From positions 1,178,001 through 1,242,000 of the forward strand of contig CM052849.1 in NCBI GenBank assembly GCA_028534125.1: 64,000 nucleotides of DNA, given 5' to 3'. This DNA comes from Lama glama. Its lineage: Eukaryota. This document shows, piece by piece, positions 1 through 12,690 of this stretch. The notes beneath the pieces are model-generated. The model did not search any database. It was not told where the DNA came from and saw only the letters and a list, made by a program, of their open reading frames with translations. The first letter of the stretch is position 1; the number at the start of each line of letters is the position of its first letter. A program made the translations under genes and the position numbers.

Positions 1-574
1 AGGGGCATCCGGTGGTCCAGAGGCCTCTGGGGAGGTGACGTCTAAGGTGGAACCATCAGCGTGGAGGACTCCGTGGCGAGGGTGTGGCTGGTGCAGGCAG
101 GGCCCAAAGACCCTTGGCCCCACTTCAGCCCTGGTCTGCCAGCCCTGACCACCTTCTGGGCGACTGGCTTCTCCTGGGCATTGCACAACCAGGCCTTCCT
201 GGCACAGTGGATAAGGGGCTCCAGCCTCGGGAGAGGGCTCTTAGTGCCAAAGGAGGCAGAGGCTGTATCCATCTGAGGGTCCCAGGAGCTGTGGCAAGGA
301 CACCTCCGGGCCCCAGGGCCGCTCCCTCTGCCTTTCTCTGTACCTCCCATCCCGTCTCAGCCCCGCGTGGCCACATCTGGACTACGGTTTACTTAGCGAT
401 TTTTAAGTAGCCATCAGATTTCCCTAAACTTGGAAAACATCTGTGTATGTTGTAGGAAAGGTACAGAAACGTATAAACGATAAAGTGAAAAGCACCCAAA
501 TCGCTCCCCTCAGGTATGATCATCGTTAACATCTTTGCAGACTTCCTCCTAGACGTTTAGCGTAAACGTCTCTG

Positions 575-674
575 NNNNNNNNNNNNNNNNNNNNNNNNNN
601 NNNNNNNNNNNNNNNNNNNNNNNNNNNNNNNNNNNNNNNNNNNNNNNNNNNNNNNNNNNNNNNNNNNNNNNNNN
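575..674. other. Assembly gap (100 N)
   Basis: Run of N. Confidence 1.
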
Positions 675-699
675 CGTCCTCATCCCAGTGATCGCTGTG
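675..699 (+). CDS. PI4KA: PI4KA exon 19, 3' part (5' part in N gap)
   Basis: Encodes VLIPVIAV followed by gtgagt donor; phase 0 joins LTRRLPP exon. Confidence 0.9.
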
Positions 700-2939
700 G
701 TGAGTGTCCCCAGTCAGCATCTCGGAGCCCAGGGCACTGCCTGGTGTTCTCAGCAGGCCACGGGGACCCGGCTGTCGGGACTGTCCAGTGGGCCTGTGCC
801 TGCTGTGGCCCCGCTGCCTCGTGCCTTCCTGTGTCCTCTGTGCCCGGTCCAACCCCCTCAGCGGGCTGACCGGGGCTTCATGTCCCTCGGGCGTGGCTCC
901 CAGGTTCATGGTCAGACTCGAACTCACCGTGCTCCTCCCGCCCACCCTGGGGCCTCTGACTCGGGCCGGGTGGCACCACATCCCTCCCCTCCCTGCATCC
1001 TACCTTGGTGGCTGAGAGCCTGTCTCCATTTCGTCCTGTCTTGGCCTGTGCCTCTCCTCCTGGGGCTGCCTGTCACTTCTCCCTGGCCTGGCGTCCCCGG
1101 CTGCCGGTCCTGAGCCAGGCCGTGTCATGTTTAGTTTTCTTCCACGATCCTCAAACATCCACTTAACTTGCCTTCTGGTTGAGCCTCCAGTGCCCCCCTC
1201 GTTGGCTTCCCAAGCACTTTCGTGTGTCCCGCACATAGAGCTTTAGAGCAGCTGACCCCCAGGCCGCAGGTTGACCCAGGGGCGGGGAGGCCGGGCAGGT
1301 GGATGGAGAGCCCTCTCCCGTCCCAGCAGTGGTTTTGGCACCCACTCTGGTGGGCATTTGTCACCTGAATCTGGGCACTGATAGGGTCCGGGTATAGCCG
1401 GCCGAGGCCAGGGGAAAGAGGTAGCTGACTGGCTCCTCATTGAGATGTTGTATGCTATGTCGGAGTGTTCCGTCTCTGGTCTGCCCGCCCCTGGGAGTGC
1501 CTGACCCTGACCAGGCGTCGGACAGCGTCCTCTTCCTGAGTGTGTATGGGGGTGGGCCTGCCACGTGCCCCCCACGCTTCCCTGGGAGCCCCCCACCTTG
1601 CCCCTGTGGTAAGGGCCCCCACAGTCCTTGGAGAGTCTGAGGGCTCCTGGGACTCTGAGGGTTCTTGTCAACACCCTGCTGGGTGATTTATAAACACTCA
1701 GATATTTCCATGTCACGGTTGATGTTCTTGCACAGTGGGTTTGAGATGCACTGTCGCACGCGGACCCTGTGTTGGCCTGGAGGAAGGGTGGGGGGCACAG
1801 AATCCTCAGCCCGGGGCAGGCTCCACGGAGAGCAGGTTCTGGGAGATGGGAGCATACTTGAGGGGCACTCAAGGTCATCAGTTTCAGGATCTTTGAACTT
1901 GGGTTTTAGGATCATGGGGTGGGTTGAGCCTCTCCACACCTGCTCCATCTGCAAAGCTTTTGGAAAAGTGGGGGTGACCCTGAGACGCCAGCTGGGTGGG
2001 GCAGGGGCATTGTTGGCAGCGATAGGCCGGAAGGTACTTAAAACACGGTGTTTCCCCCCCTGTGGCGACCTTTTTTACAGAACGGGGTGAGTGTGTCATG
2101 TCAGCAAAAGTTAATGGTTAAGTCGTGGGGGAGGAAGCAAACATTTGACCTTGTTGCCCAACCGAGAGCAGAGATCATGGGTTCCGTCCCATCCTCCTCG
2201 GGCCTCCTGGAAGGGACCAACTGCTGGGGCTCTTTGTTTGCTGTAATGTTTTACATTTTGTTCTTTTTCCTACTTTTTTTTTTCCTTCTAAAAGAAGAGG
2301 GATCTGTTTTGGATCTTTTGATGACATGGTGTCTCGAATTACTTTGTTTTGGGTACATACCAGTGGGTCTGGGGTAGGAACTTGGGTTCCTTTATCAGTG
2401 ACCTTGGGGCCCTTCCTGAGCGAGGGGTTAGGGGCTGGGTCACGTGACCCAGTGGCTCCTTCCTGCCTAGGCTGGGTGGTCTTTGTCAGAGACTGGCTGA
2501 CTCTGTTGCTTCGCTGGGTGTCCACCCACTAGTTCACTAAGCTTCTTAGAGACGCAGTTGCCCCACCGTCACTGAGTGCAGGGAGCGCCCACACGGTCCG
2601 CTCAGAGCCGCTCGCCTGGGCCGCTCGCAGCTTTTGTGCCCCTGGGCAGGCTGCTTGTTCCCTCCGTGCCTGTAAAGGAGGCTTGTGGACTAACACTCAT
2701 AGGTCCTAGACCCCTTTGGAGCTGTGTCCTCTTCCTTGTGGGGGTGGCATCTGATCACAAGTGTGTAACCCCAGGAAGAGAGACGGGAGAAAGCCAGCCA
2801 GGGCCCCGTTAGGAGCCCTTGGCTGGATGCGCTTGCAGGGGGAGGTGGTCACAAGAAGCCTCTCCCCAGCTCTTGCTGAGCCCCAGGCAGTGATCTGAAC
2901 CCTTCCAGGCAGCAACTCTCTTAACCCTTAGCACAGCCC

Positions 2940-3030
2940 TGCGAGGTGGGTACTGTTCTCACTTTACAGGCAGGGAAACTGAGGCACAAACTTGCCTCCA
3001 AGTGCCAGAACCTGACATGGAACCCTGGCA
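2940..3030 (-). mobile_element. MIR fragment
   Basis: tttacaggcagggaaactgaggcaca core. Confidence 0.6.
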
Positions 3031-4573
3031 GCCAGCTCAGGCCTGGGCTCCGAGAGGACACTGCGTTGCCCGTGGCCAGGGGTTGGCTGTTTCTGAAGAG
3101 ACCGAGGGCAGGCTGAGTGGACCAGGTGGATGTCAGGGTGGAGGGCCTGGCTGGCTGCGCACGGGGCCACGTGCCTTCTGCATGGGAGACGTGGGAAAGG
3201 CTGAGGGCAGAGTTCTGAGGTGTGCGTGGAGGGGTGGAGGGGCCTGGAAAGCAGCGGCAGGACCAGACCCTACCAGCACAGTGCTGACGAGGTGGAGGAG
3301 GGCTTCCGAGGGGGTCGGCAAGCTCAGGATTCCTGGGAGCTCGAGAGGTAAGCCGTGGGGCCTGGTGCAAGAAGTAGGGGGTAGGGGAAAGGGTTAGGGA
3401 TGGACTTGGGCCTGGGCAGACCTCGTTCCCTACACATTCTCCTTGTTTCTCCATCTGTGAGAAGGAGGTGGTAATAGTTGACTGCCTGGGGTTGGCATGA
3501 GGCCCCGGGCCTGCAGGCACCCCCGGCCCCCACTTTGGGGATCACTCAGTGCTCCCCTTGGGGGCCGTGTGACTGAGCTGGTCTCACCAGGTCAGCTGCC
3601 CTCTGTGGGGTCAGGCCAGCCTGCACTTGGACCCTGGAGTCACGGCCGCAGGGTCACAGTCAGATGGCGTGTATGCAGAGCTTGTGGTGTCCCTGGCCTG
3701 CCGCCCCCATGCTCCTTTGTCCTGAACAGCCTCTTTGAACTCCACTGGTTTTACCCTGGAATTAGGGTCTAAAGATACAGGCCTCAGTGTCGCCTTTCTC
3801 CTCGAACCAGACCTATCACAATATGTCAGAGGATCTCCCCGCATCCAGGGTGGACGCTGAAGCATGTGCCCTGCGTGGAGACTGGCATTCCCAGGGCCAC
3901 CCCAGACCCAATGATACTCGCACATCCGATGCCAAAAACGTGTCTGCTGTCGGTCACTCTGTCAGCCTCCATCACCCCTGGGTTGCCTGCTGTTTTGAAT
4001 TTGGCCTTTCTTAGTTATTTGAGCTTGAAAAAGATAGAATCGTACACAGTGAAAGTGGCCACGTTTATCTCTAGGGTGGAAGGCATGGCTACATGTGCAT
4101 GTTGTCCCCAGGGGGCCGCTAGGTGACAGCAGGTGCAGAGACATTTAGCATCAGTTCAGGAAGCTGAGCCTCGACAGGACTGAGCGTGCGGCCCAGGGCT
4201 CCCCTTCAGTGTCAGGGGCCCCTTCCCTCCAGACAGCAGGGAGGGGCTCAGTCACCCCTCTGGTCTGTGTTCCGTGTTCAGCCAAGGAGCCCTGGCTGAG
4301 AAGGGCTTTGAGTAGCGGAGCCAGACGTGCGGGGTTGGGGCCCTGGGGATGGGCTTTGCTGAGAGAGTCGGTCAGTGCGGGCTGTGTTGCCAACACCGTC
4401 CAGGTGCACCCACTCCCAGGAGCTGCTAGCTCTGGGCACGGAGCAGAACTGACCCCAATCCCAGCAAGCTGCCTGGTCTGTCAGAGTTGCCTCTGGGAAG
4501 GGGAGCAGCAGCCCAGGGAGACGGCGCCAGAGCACATCTCTTCGGGGGACAGCCATGGGCCCAGACCCCACCT

Positions 4574-4765
4574 TTAGGACTTGGCAGGGTTGGCAACCCT
4601 GCCCATGAAGAGCAGGCAGCCGGTGCGCTGCTCATAGACGAGGAACAGGAAGGGCCGGTCGACACTGAAGCGGGCCTGGGTGGACAGTGGCATGAAGCCC
4701 ACGGTGGTCACGGCTGCAGCCTGCGTGCCCTCCTCGTTCACTGTGATGGTGCCCCGGTGCTTGAA
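4574..4765 (-). CDS. SERPIND1: SERPIND1 exon 5, coding part
   Basis: [41 protein letters not shown]...NPAKS* (serpin signature). Confidence 0.97.
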   Translation of the reverse strand, partial: FKHRGTITVNEEGTQAAAVTTVGFMPLSTQARFSVDRPFLFLVYEQRTGCLLFMGRVANPAKS

Positions 4766-5304
4766 CTGTGCCATGGGCAGAGGGGAGCGTCAGGTCCCGC
4801 ACAGAGGGACAGAGGGGCAGCAGGGGCAGTGATATCTCAACTCCTTCAGGGAAAGGGTGGGGAGACCCTCTGGGAGGCACAGTCCGCAGCTTGTCAGAGG
4901 ACCCTTGAGAACCTGTGCTCACCTGGCAGCTAAGGGGAGGCTGTGCTGTGTGAACAGCTGTCTTTCTCCTATGCCATGGCCCCCAGGGGCTGTGCACCGT
5001 GCATGTCTTGTGAGCAAGACCACGGCCAGGGACCCCCTACCTGCTCACGCTCTGGGGCTGCTGCCAGAGAAAGAGAGGCCAGGGTCTGCATGTCCCTGGG
5101 CCAGGCTGCTCTCCCGTGTGCTGGGTGCCATCGCCAGCTAGGCTGGGAGTGGCTATGTCACAGACTGGGGCACCTGCTCTCCCTCTGGTGCCACCAGGAG
5201 GGACGGACCCCAAGGCTGCGCGCTCGGCTGGGGCGGGGGGCACTGCTGGGGGCAGACCCAGGACAGGGTAGGGGGCGGGGATGGGTGCAGAGGGCAGGCC
5301 TTAC

Positions 5305-5449
5305 CAGGTCAATGGTGACCCTCTGGTCCGAGATCCCCGTCATGTTGCTGTTCCTGTCAAACAGCGCTGTGACCCCTGCGGACCGCAGGGCCTCCACCAG
5401 GTTGTAGTCCTTCTCCAGCTTGAACTTAGGCAGGAGCACCTCTCGCGTC
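5305..5449 (-). CDS. SERPIND1: SERPIND1 exon 4
   Basis: [21 protein letters not shown]...DQRVTIDL|gtaag. Confidence 0.97.
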
Positions 5450-6617
5450 CTGGTCAGGGAAGGAATGGGCCTGGCTGACTGAAGTACAGGTTCTGGAGGC
5501 ATCATTCTGCCCTCCGAGAGTGGCAGAGCTTTCATTGGCTTATAGGTCAAAGGCATCTGACGTGATTCACTAGTTCGGGTCCCTGCTTTCAGGCATTTCT
5601 TATTTTATCAGTTATGGAGTTGGAGTGCAGGTCAGTGCACTTATTAAAGAACGCTCCGTTTCCTGGACAGCGCTGAGCACTGTCAGAACCTGCCTGCACA
5701 GACAGCAGCTGTAGCGGCCAGCAGCCCCGGGGTGAAGATGCCAAACGCACCTCCTTCCCAAGAGCTTGCTCTCTCTCTGGGAAGTCAAGATGCCCAAGTG
5801 TGAAGCAGCAAGACGAAAAGACGGTCCATTAACGTCTAAGTGATGAACCGTCCAGGAGGAGGGGTTCATGTGCCTGGGAGACGAGGCCGGGGTAGGGGGC
5901 TGAGGCTGTGGTCTGGCTGGAGCACAGGGGCTCCAGAGAAGGGAGGCAAGGAGGGGGAGTAGAGCAGGACTGCACCCTGTAGGCCGGGGTCCACAGTCCA
6001 CAGGCGGAGGGAGCTTGAGGTGCTGTCCGGCGGAGCAGGTGGGCTGAGCAGTGGGTAGGCAGGCTGGGTAGGCCCCTGAGTCAGGGCTAAGGTTGTGGGC
6101 AGTGAGGTTGGGAGGGAGGCAGGTACAGAGGGACATTTTTAGGGACAGAGAGACAGGGCTTGATGGCTGAGTGTCTACTGGGCTGACCTGTGTCCTGGAG
6201 CCTGTTTCTATCTTGGTCACATTTCTCTGTGTTCTTGCCTCAGAATGAGACCTAAGCCAGCTTCACTTCCTAACCCGGGCCTGGCCAGATCTGGTCAGAC
6301 CTGCCCCGGCCCAGCCATGACCTTGGTACATGGGAACACCTGTGGTTCTCACACCGGTGTGAGAACTAATGGGGACACCATGAATGTCACGCCCACGCCC
6401 TCGGGGTTGAGAGGATGGGGCGGTGAGGGGTTCTGTTTCTTCCCACAGTGAGCGGCCCTGGGGAGCCAGGGCAGGTGGGCAGGTGTGTGGCAGAGCTGGG
6501 GGTCCCTGCCCCACTTCTGAGCTGTCTTTGGAGAGCAGGCGTGGGGAGTCTGGGCAGAGTTAGCAGTGGCCGGAGTGAGGGTCCCTTTCCCTAGAGTGAC
6601 CGGCCACCCCCAGGTAC

Positions 6618-6891
6618 CTGTTTGTCATGCTTTTCTGCCATCTCTCCACCACCTGGGGCGTCAGCTGGGCCTCGAGGGCCTTCATCCCAGACAGCTTGTG
6701 TGGGACCACGACCAGCATGCTTATGCCCCCGACATACTCCAGCTGCAGGATGTCACAGTCCAGCTCCTGGTCGCTAGCCACCAGGAAGGCCCCCTTGGTC
6801 TGCATCATGGGCACCTTGACCACCTCTCGCTCATTCAGCCGGAAGTTGTGGTTGTGTGTCATCTCCACGGGGAATTTATTCACCCAGGATC
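6618..6891 (-). CDS. SERPIND1: SERPIND1 exon 3
   Basis: [21 protein letters not shown]...WQKSMTN, AG/GT flanks. Confidence 0.97.
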
Positions 6892-6944
6892 CTGTAAAGT
6901 CAGCAGGAATGGGGCTTTTATTCACACGCTCTCCTGGAGGGCTA

Positions 6945-7078
6945 GCAGCCTGCACGGCCCACCCCCACAGTCTGGTCCCGCAGGTGGGGTTTGGGCCAGG
7001 ACTTTGTGTTTCTAACCAGTTCCCTGGTGCTACTGAGGCTGCCGTCCAAGAGCCACATGTTGAGAACACAGTTTTAGA
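6945..7078. mobile_element. MER5A-like hAT-Charlie element
   Basis: tttctaaccagttccctggtgctactgaggctgc...acatgttgagaacac. Confidence 0.6.
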
Positions 7079-7349
7079 GGCTTGTAGGAAGGGTGTGAAC
7101 AGACCGGCACAAGTTCTGAGTTAGATCCTGACACTAGCACGTTGATGCTGGCAGGTCACTGCCTTGCCTGGGCCTCTCCTTCCCCGCTGTGGGACGAGTG
7201 GCTTCGCACTCCTGCTGGCCTGGACTGGGTTTCGTCCCTCACTCTGCGACTCTAGGGTGATGGGTGGGATACTGCCCTCACCACCTTCACTCTGGATTCG
7301 GGGGCAGCGCTTTGTCCACGGGAGCAGGTGCGTCTGACTAGGGATGAGA

Positions 7350-7520
7350 ACGCCACCTGTGAGGACTGGGTTTGTCGGTGTTTGGGCTGGATTTGTCCTT
7401 ATAGGGCTGTCCTTTGCCTGTGCGGTGTCCCTCAATCGTGGCCTCCCCATCCCCCAGGTCATGACGACCCCGAATGTCTCCTGATGCCCGCCCAGGGCAG
7501 AGGGGCAGACGCCCCCTTCC
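7350..7520. mobile_element. MER20-like hAT-Charlie element
   Basis: gtcatgacgaccccgaatgtctcc...ggggcagacgccccc. Confidence 0.55.
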
Positions 7521-9352
7521 CCCCCTTCCCCACGCACTCTGGGCTCTCCCCTTCTGACATCTTCTGTTTCCCTGTGCTTTACAGGGTTGTCATAACATCT
7601 GAAATTAAAATGAAAGTGATGACAGAAATTTGGGAGCTAGAGCTTAAAATTGCATCTCTTTTGATGAGTGTCTGGGCTTGCCCGGCTGCTGCTGGCTGTT
7701 CATCCCCAACTGCCGGCTCCACTCCAGTGCCCCTCCCCTCTGGTGTGGCCCTGGCTCCCGGGTTGGGAGATTATAAACTGCACAGGTGGCTTGCTGCCAG
7801 GTCCCTGCCTACTCTGAACACCCAACCTTGGGCAGAGGCCCTTGGAGTTGAGGTGTCCCCAGGCTGGTAGGGCTAAGGGCTTCAGTGCTGCCCAGATGTC
7901 TTCCCTGACTGTCATGGTCATCCCTGAACGGGGCTTAATTGCTCATAAGCGTCACCGGCCACATCAGATCTACTTAGCCTGTAGCATCTGGCCTTGTGCC
8001 ACGCTGCACCGAGCGACGCACCGCCCTGGGTGGTGGTGCTGCCCAGCCCCATCAGGGCAGCTGCTGTCGCCCCACAACAGAGGTGAGAACCCGGGTCAGA
8101 CTGATGAGGCCAGTTCTCAACCCAGTTTTCATTCCCACACTTGTCCCGCCAGCCAGTGATAAAGGACACGTGTGTGTTGATCAAGTGCGTCACGTGTGTC
8201 TGGTACAGGCCTGTTGGAGCCTCTGCCTTGGGCCTGCCCAAGGCTGGCCTTCTGCCTGGTGTTGGGGGGACCCTGGGGTCCGGCTCAGCCTGCACCCTAC
8301 TCCAGCCTTCTTGGCTTCTAACCCTGCATTGACTAGAGGCAGTATTATGGCACCAGGGCCCTCGGCTAAGGCACAGAGTGGTGTTCTGGCAGGTGGAGGC
8401 TGTGGCCCAGAGCAGGTGTCCTGGCAGGTGGGGGCTCTGGCCTCGCCACCCCACAGCCACCTCCAGGAACGGGCCTCTAGGCTAATGTGCATGGCACTGG
8501 AGCGGACCTGCAGGGAAGTGTGGCCTCCCAGGCCTCGGGACTGACCTGGCCAGTGCCCACTAGTTCTTGGTGGCAGAGAGGACAGTGGTTGCCTGTCACC
8601 AGACCTGGTGTGCTGCGACCCACTCCTCGTGGCTGCCCTCAGCGGTCTGGGCAGGTAGAGTGAGGTGAAGGTCTCTCCTGGCTCAGGTCCCGCTGAGGGC
8701 TCCTTAAAAGTGAGGTCTGGTTTCTACAAATCCACATCTGTTTATTTCTGGCATCCTAGGGATGCTGCATGCATGTGTGTTGTTGCAGGGAAGTCCTCCT
8801 TAAGATGTGCCATGGTGCCTGGCCCAGAACAGTTGCTCTAGAAGTAGGAGTTGGTTTCCCCACCCCCACCTGCAGAGACAGGGTGGGGTGGGGTTGGTGC
8901 CAGTTCCTTGAGCTGAGCTTGTTTCTAGCCTTTTGTTCTTACTCCAGCGATCAGTAAAGTCACCGGGAAAGAAAACGAAAAAACCTCAAATCCAAGCTGG
9001 CCCAATGCTGAGACGGATTCTGAGTTATCCTAAGTCACCAGGGTGCTGGACACGCCTGCCTGGGCGAGCTTGGCCCTGCCCCTTCCCAGCATCTCCGTTT
9101 CCCTGCTGTTTGCAGGACATGGTACGGATGACAGTGCAGGCCTCACAAGGCCGTGCTGAAGACTCATGTGAGTGAAAAGTGCAGAATTTTTGAGTGTCAG
9201 CTGCTCCTGTCCCCTCACCGAGATCTTCCCAGTCCCTGTGAGCTGACCTGGTATCTTGGTTTCCTGAGTAAATTGAGGTAGAATGTTGGGTGTGCCTGCG
9301 TGCTGGGAGCGGTGCTGTGAGCTCGTGCTGAGGCTGTGACATCGGTTCTTAC

Positions 9353-10217
9353 CTTTGAAGTAGATGCAGTTCAGGACCATCATCTGGGTGGTGGGGTCTA
9401 TGTTCTCCAGGGCATCTCTGATGAGGCCTTTGGTGAGCTTGGAAATGTGGTGGTTGGTCTTCGAGATGAAGGCCGGATCCGAGAAGTCGGCCACCTGGAC
9501 CTCGGCAAAGTAGTACTGCCTGACTTGGGTTCTGAAGTCGTCCCGGACGGGAAACTGCTGCTGGACGTACAGATCGTTGACAGAGCGCAGCGTGTACCCG
9601 AAGTTCCTCCTGAAGAGGCGGTGGGTCAGCTTCCGGAAGAGGTTGTGGACGGTGGCCAGCTCGTACTTGCTGCTGGCATTGACGAAGTCAGTGAAGTGCA
9701 GGGCAGCGTGCACCTGCTCGTGGGTCCGCCCCCGCAGGCCCAGGGAGATCATGCCCATGGCCACCGAGATGCCCACGGGCGCCAGGAAGACGTTGTCTGC
9801 GGCACTGGCCTGCTCCTTCAGCGCCCGGTACAGGTCGAAGGCAAACTGGGCGTTGAGGACGTTCAGCCTCTGGATGCGGCTCTTGCCCGGGAAGAGCAGG
9901 AGGGCGCTGGCGGCGCTGGCGGCGGGGTCAGTGGGTGGGGCTGCATCCACGATGTCGATGTAGTCGTCGTCCTCCCCCAGGACCTTCTCCAGGTCCAGGT
10001 AGTCCTCATCCTCCTCCCCGTCCGCGATCCAGTCATTGGTGACTGTGTTCTCCCTGTGGAAGTCAGCGGGGAGGACGGGCTGGCTCAAGTTTTTGCCCTT
10101 CAGCTGCCCCCACTGGGGGGCCTCTCCTCCGTCGTCAAGCTGGTGCCCCAGGCTGTGGCTCCTGTACACAGATGCCAGGAGGAGAGACACAAAGAGGGGG
10201 TGCAGCGGGCGCTGCAT
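9353..10217 (-). CDS. SERPIND1: SERPIND1 exon 2 (first coding exon; acceptor at 10227)
   Basis: [16 protein letters not shown]...[17 protein letters not shown]...NCIYFK|gtaag. Confidence 0.97.
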
Positions 10218-12273
10218 TTCAGCAGAGCTGGAGTGGAGGGAGGACAGGACATGGTGAGAGGCAGCCTGGCAGTCCCCCTACCTCTGCCAGGTCCCCAGTG
10301 GTGGCCCAGGAGGGTGCCTCAGGCACCAGTCCCTCACCACTTCAGGATCTGGTGAAGAGAAACAGGCGCCTGCCTGAAGGACCCTGGGCCCCAGGTCAGA
10401 ACCCTTTCTTGAAAGCTGTGCAGAACTGTAGCTGTCCGGAATCCTGAGGCTCAGGGGTCCTGGGGAGTCTTTTCAGTCATTCACCCAACCCTGTCCCTCT
10501 TCTGCACACAGCATACTAGGCCTGGCGGCACTCGGGGCCCTCCAGCTGTCTGGGGGCTGGTGTGCAGTGACGCGTGGCTTGTGAGGACACTGGTCAGGCT
10601 GGTGGGGCCCGAAACTGGGCTGGGCTCGCCTTCTGTGCTGGGAGCAGCCCCTTCTGATCACCTCCCAAAGAGGATAGTGTCTTGTTGAGTTTTTTGTTTG
10701 TGTGACCCTCTCCTGTTAGACCTTTGAGGCCCAGAATACCTGCTTCCCTTCCAGGCCAGGTCAGAGTTCCCGGCCCCTGTTAGGTAAATATTTGACTTGT
10801 TTGGCCTGAAGGTGGGCTGACTGCACAGATACCCCGTGGAACTGCTCTCAGTCGCTGTTGACGGCAGTGACTCGGCAGGGCCTCTGCTGAGCACCAGGCG
10901 CTGGACGAGGAATTTTTTGCAACTTAACTTCCTCCTCCCAGTGTTTTTACACCCCAGGCGCTGTGCCCGTGGCTGGATGGGAACCGGTGAGCCCCTCCCC
11001 ACATGAGGGCTCTGCCTGTTTGCCCCGGAGCACCAGCCCCTGCTGTACCCGTAAGATACTCAGCTCTAACGTGGCCCTCATCACTGAGAGACTTGTGCGC
11101 ATTCTGGAGAGAGAAAGTCATGTGGCTCCTGACTTTGAAGTGTCTGTTGTCTTGTCCTGCCCCGTCCCCCCTGCTCCCCCAGCATGTGACTGAGACAGGT
11201 TCTCAGGTGCGTGGCTGCAAGTGGAAGTGGGCAGGTTCCTAGTGAACTGGGCTCGGAAGCTTCGGGAAGACAGCTGAGGAAGCCAGGCAGGAGGAAAGCA
11301 GGCAGCTTGATGCGAGTGTCCCTCTCAGAGAAAAGGAGGTTGTGAACCCCCAACCTGAGTGAGTGAGTGTCAGGAGAAGGGAGTCTGGGACCAGGTCAGA
11401 AGGCGGAGGGGACACTTTGATGCTTTTCTTCTGTGTTCAGACAGTGAATTTGAAGCTTCTAGTACCCTGTTCCTTCATTCGATGATGAAAAGCCCAAAAT
11501 AGTTTTCATTTTCCCCTCATCAGGGAAGCTGAATGCACTCCCCATATTTCCTGTGGCTTAAAATTAGGGATCCGAGCAGTGATCCTTCCTGTGGTTCTGT
11601 CACTTAGTATGGCAGAAATCAAGTGAGACTTTAAAATTACTGCTAGGCTGTTTAAGTCCACACTGCTGTCTTTGCAGAGAAGCAGCAATTCTTAAAGGTA
11701 AACGGTTCAGGGTTTTGTTTTCCTGGTGGTTTGCCGTGGCACTTTGTCGTGCTGCTTGCACGGAGCAGGGTTGGGCCGTTAGGCCCCTCCTGCCTGCTGT
11801 CTCTAGGCCCAGACAGAGCAGGTGTGACAGGAGAGAAGCTGGGAGAGCTTTTTAGGTAGAAGTAACTTCAGACTCGCAGAAGAGTTGACAGAGGACCATG
11901 GAGAGCAGCCCCCAACCCGCTTCTCCAGGTTCACCAGGTCCCTGCACACGTACATATGCATGTGTGTGGTCTTCCCAAGCCATTTGAGTTCTCCCAGAAA
12001 AGGATATCCTCACACTCATCCGGCACTGTTGTCCCTCCCATCCACATCCTGTACCGGAGTCCCGCGCTTCTCTCCTGGGTCTGCCTCCTGCCCCACCCGT
12101 GTAGCCAACAGAACACTACTACCAGCAGGTTAAAAAGAAAACCATGTCCCCTTTCTAACATAACACAGAAAGCGTTTGAATGTGCAGTCTGATGAAGATA
12201 CAAACCAGTCACCCACCCCTAACCGCTGCAAATAGGAATTCACAATCAGCAGAAACGTTAGAAACCGACTCAC

Positions 12274-12300
12274 CTCTGGGTTCCTGAGAAGCGGTTTTGC
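12274..12300 (-). other. SERPIND1: Probable SERPIND1 non-coding exon 1 (5' end approximate)
   Basis: cttctcaggaacccagag|gtgagt is a consensus donor; sequence resembles the human 5'UTR as recalled. Confidence 0.7.
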
Positions 12301-12329
12301 AGGGCTGGAATCGGCTGAGGTCGTGGGGG

Positions 12330-12440
12330 CTGCAGCGTGAACTTTGGTGCTGCACTGTGTTTTCCAAAGTAAATACGTCCCAGATCAAACAGTGCTCAGC
12401 CAGCTTCGTCAGCACAAAGCCCTGCTGTGACTTTGATCAC
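12330..12440 (-). promoter_or_regulatory. Putative hepatocyte promoter of SERPIND1
   Basis: HNF4A-like TGAACTTTG (12338-12346) and TGACTTTG (12428-12435), FOXA-like AAGTAAATA (12367-12375), directly upstream of putative exon 1. Confidence 0.6.
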
Positions 12441-12690
12441 TGCTGGGTGACTTGTGTTGGAGTCATGTTGTTGTCAGTCATGTTGGTGCTGGAGGCGTGA
12501 CCATCGCCGTGTGGACACACCTCTGGAGCCCCCCCCGTCAGCTCTGGGGCCAGACTATATCGGGGTGGCGGTTCTCATGCTCCCCTGGGAGTGGAGGCCT
12601 CTCTTCCCCTAAGTGGTCGCAGCTTCTGACCTGGCCCAGGGCATCATCCCGTGAGCCTGTTCCTCTGTGGGCAGAGGCAGAGACAGCACG

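Larger units (their letters stand above)
4574..12300 (-). other. SERPIND1: SERPIND1 gene (heparin cofactor II), nested antisense in PI4KA intron 19
   Basis: Four coding exons of 865+274+145+192 nt give 491 aa with acidic repeats EEDEDYLD and EDDDYID, helix [11 protein letters not shown], and reactive loop GFMPL-STQ. Confidence 0.98.

Noticed and set aside
9336-10355. 339-aa ORF antisense to SERPIND1 exon 2
   Set aside because: Shadow frame from high GC3 in the real gene; no recognisable protein features
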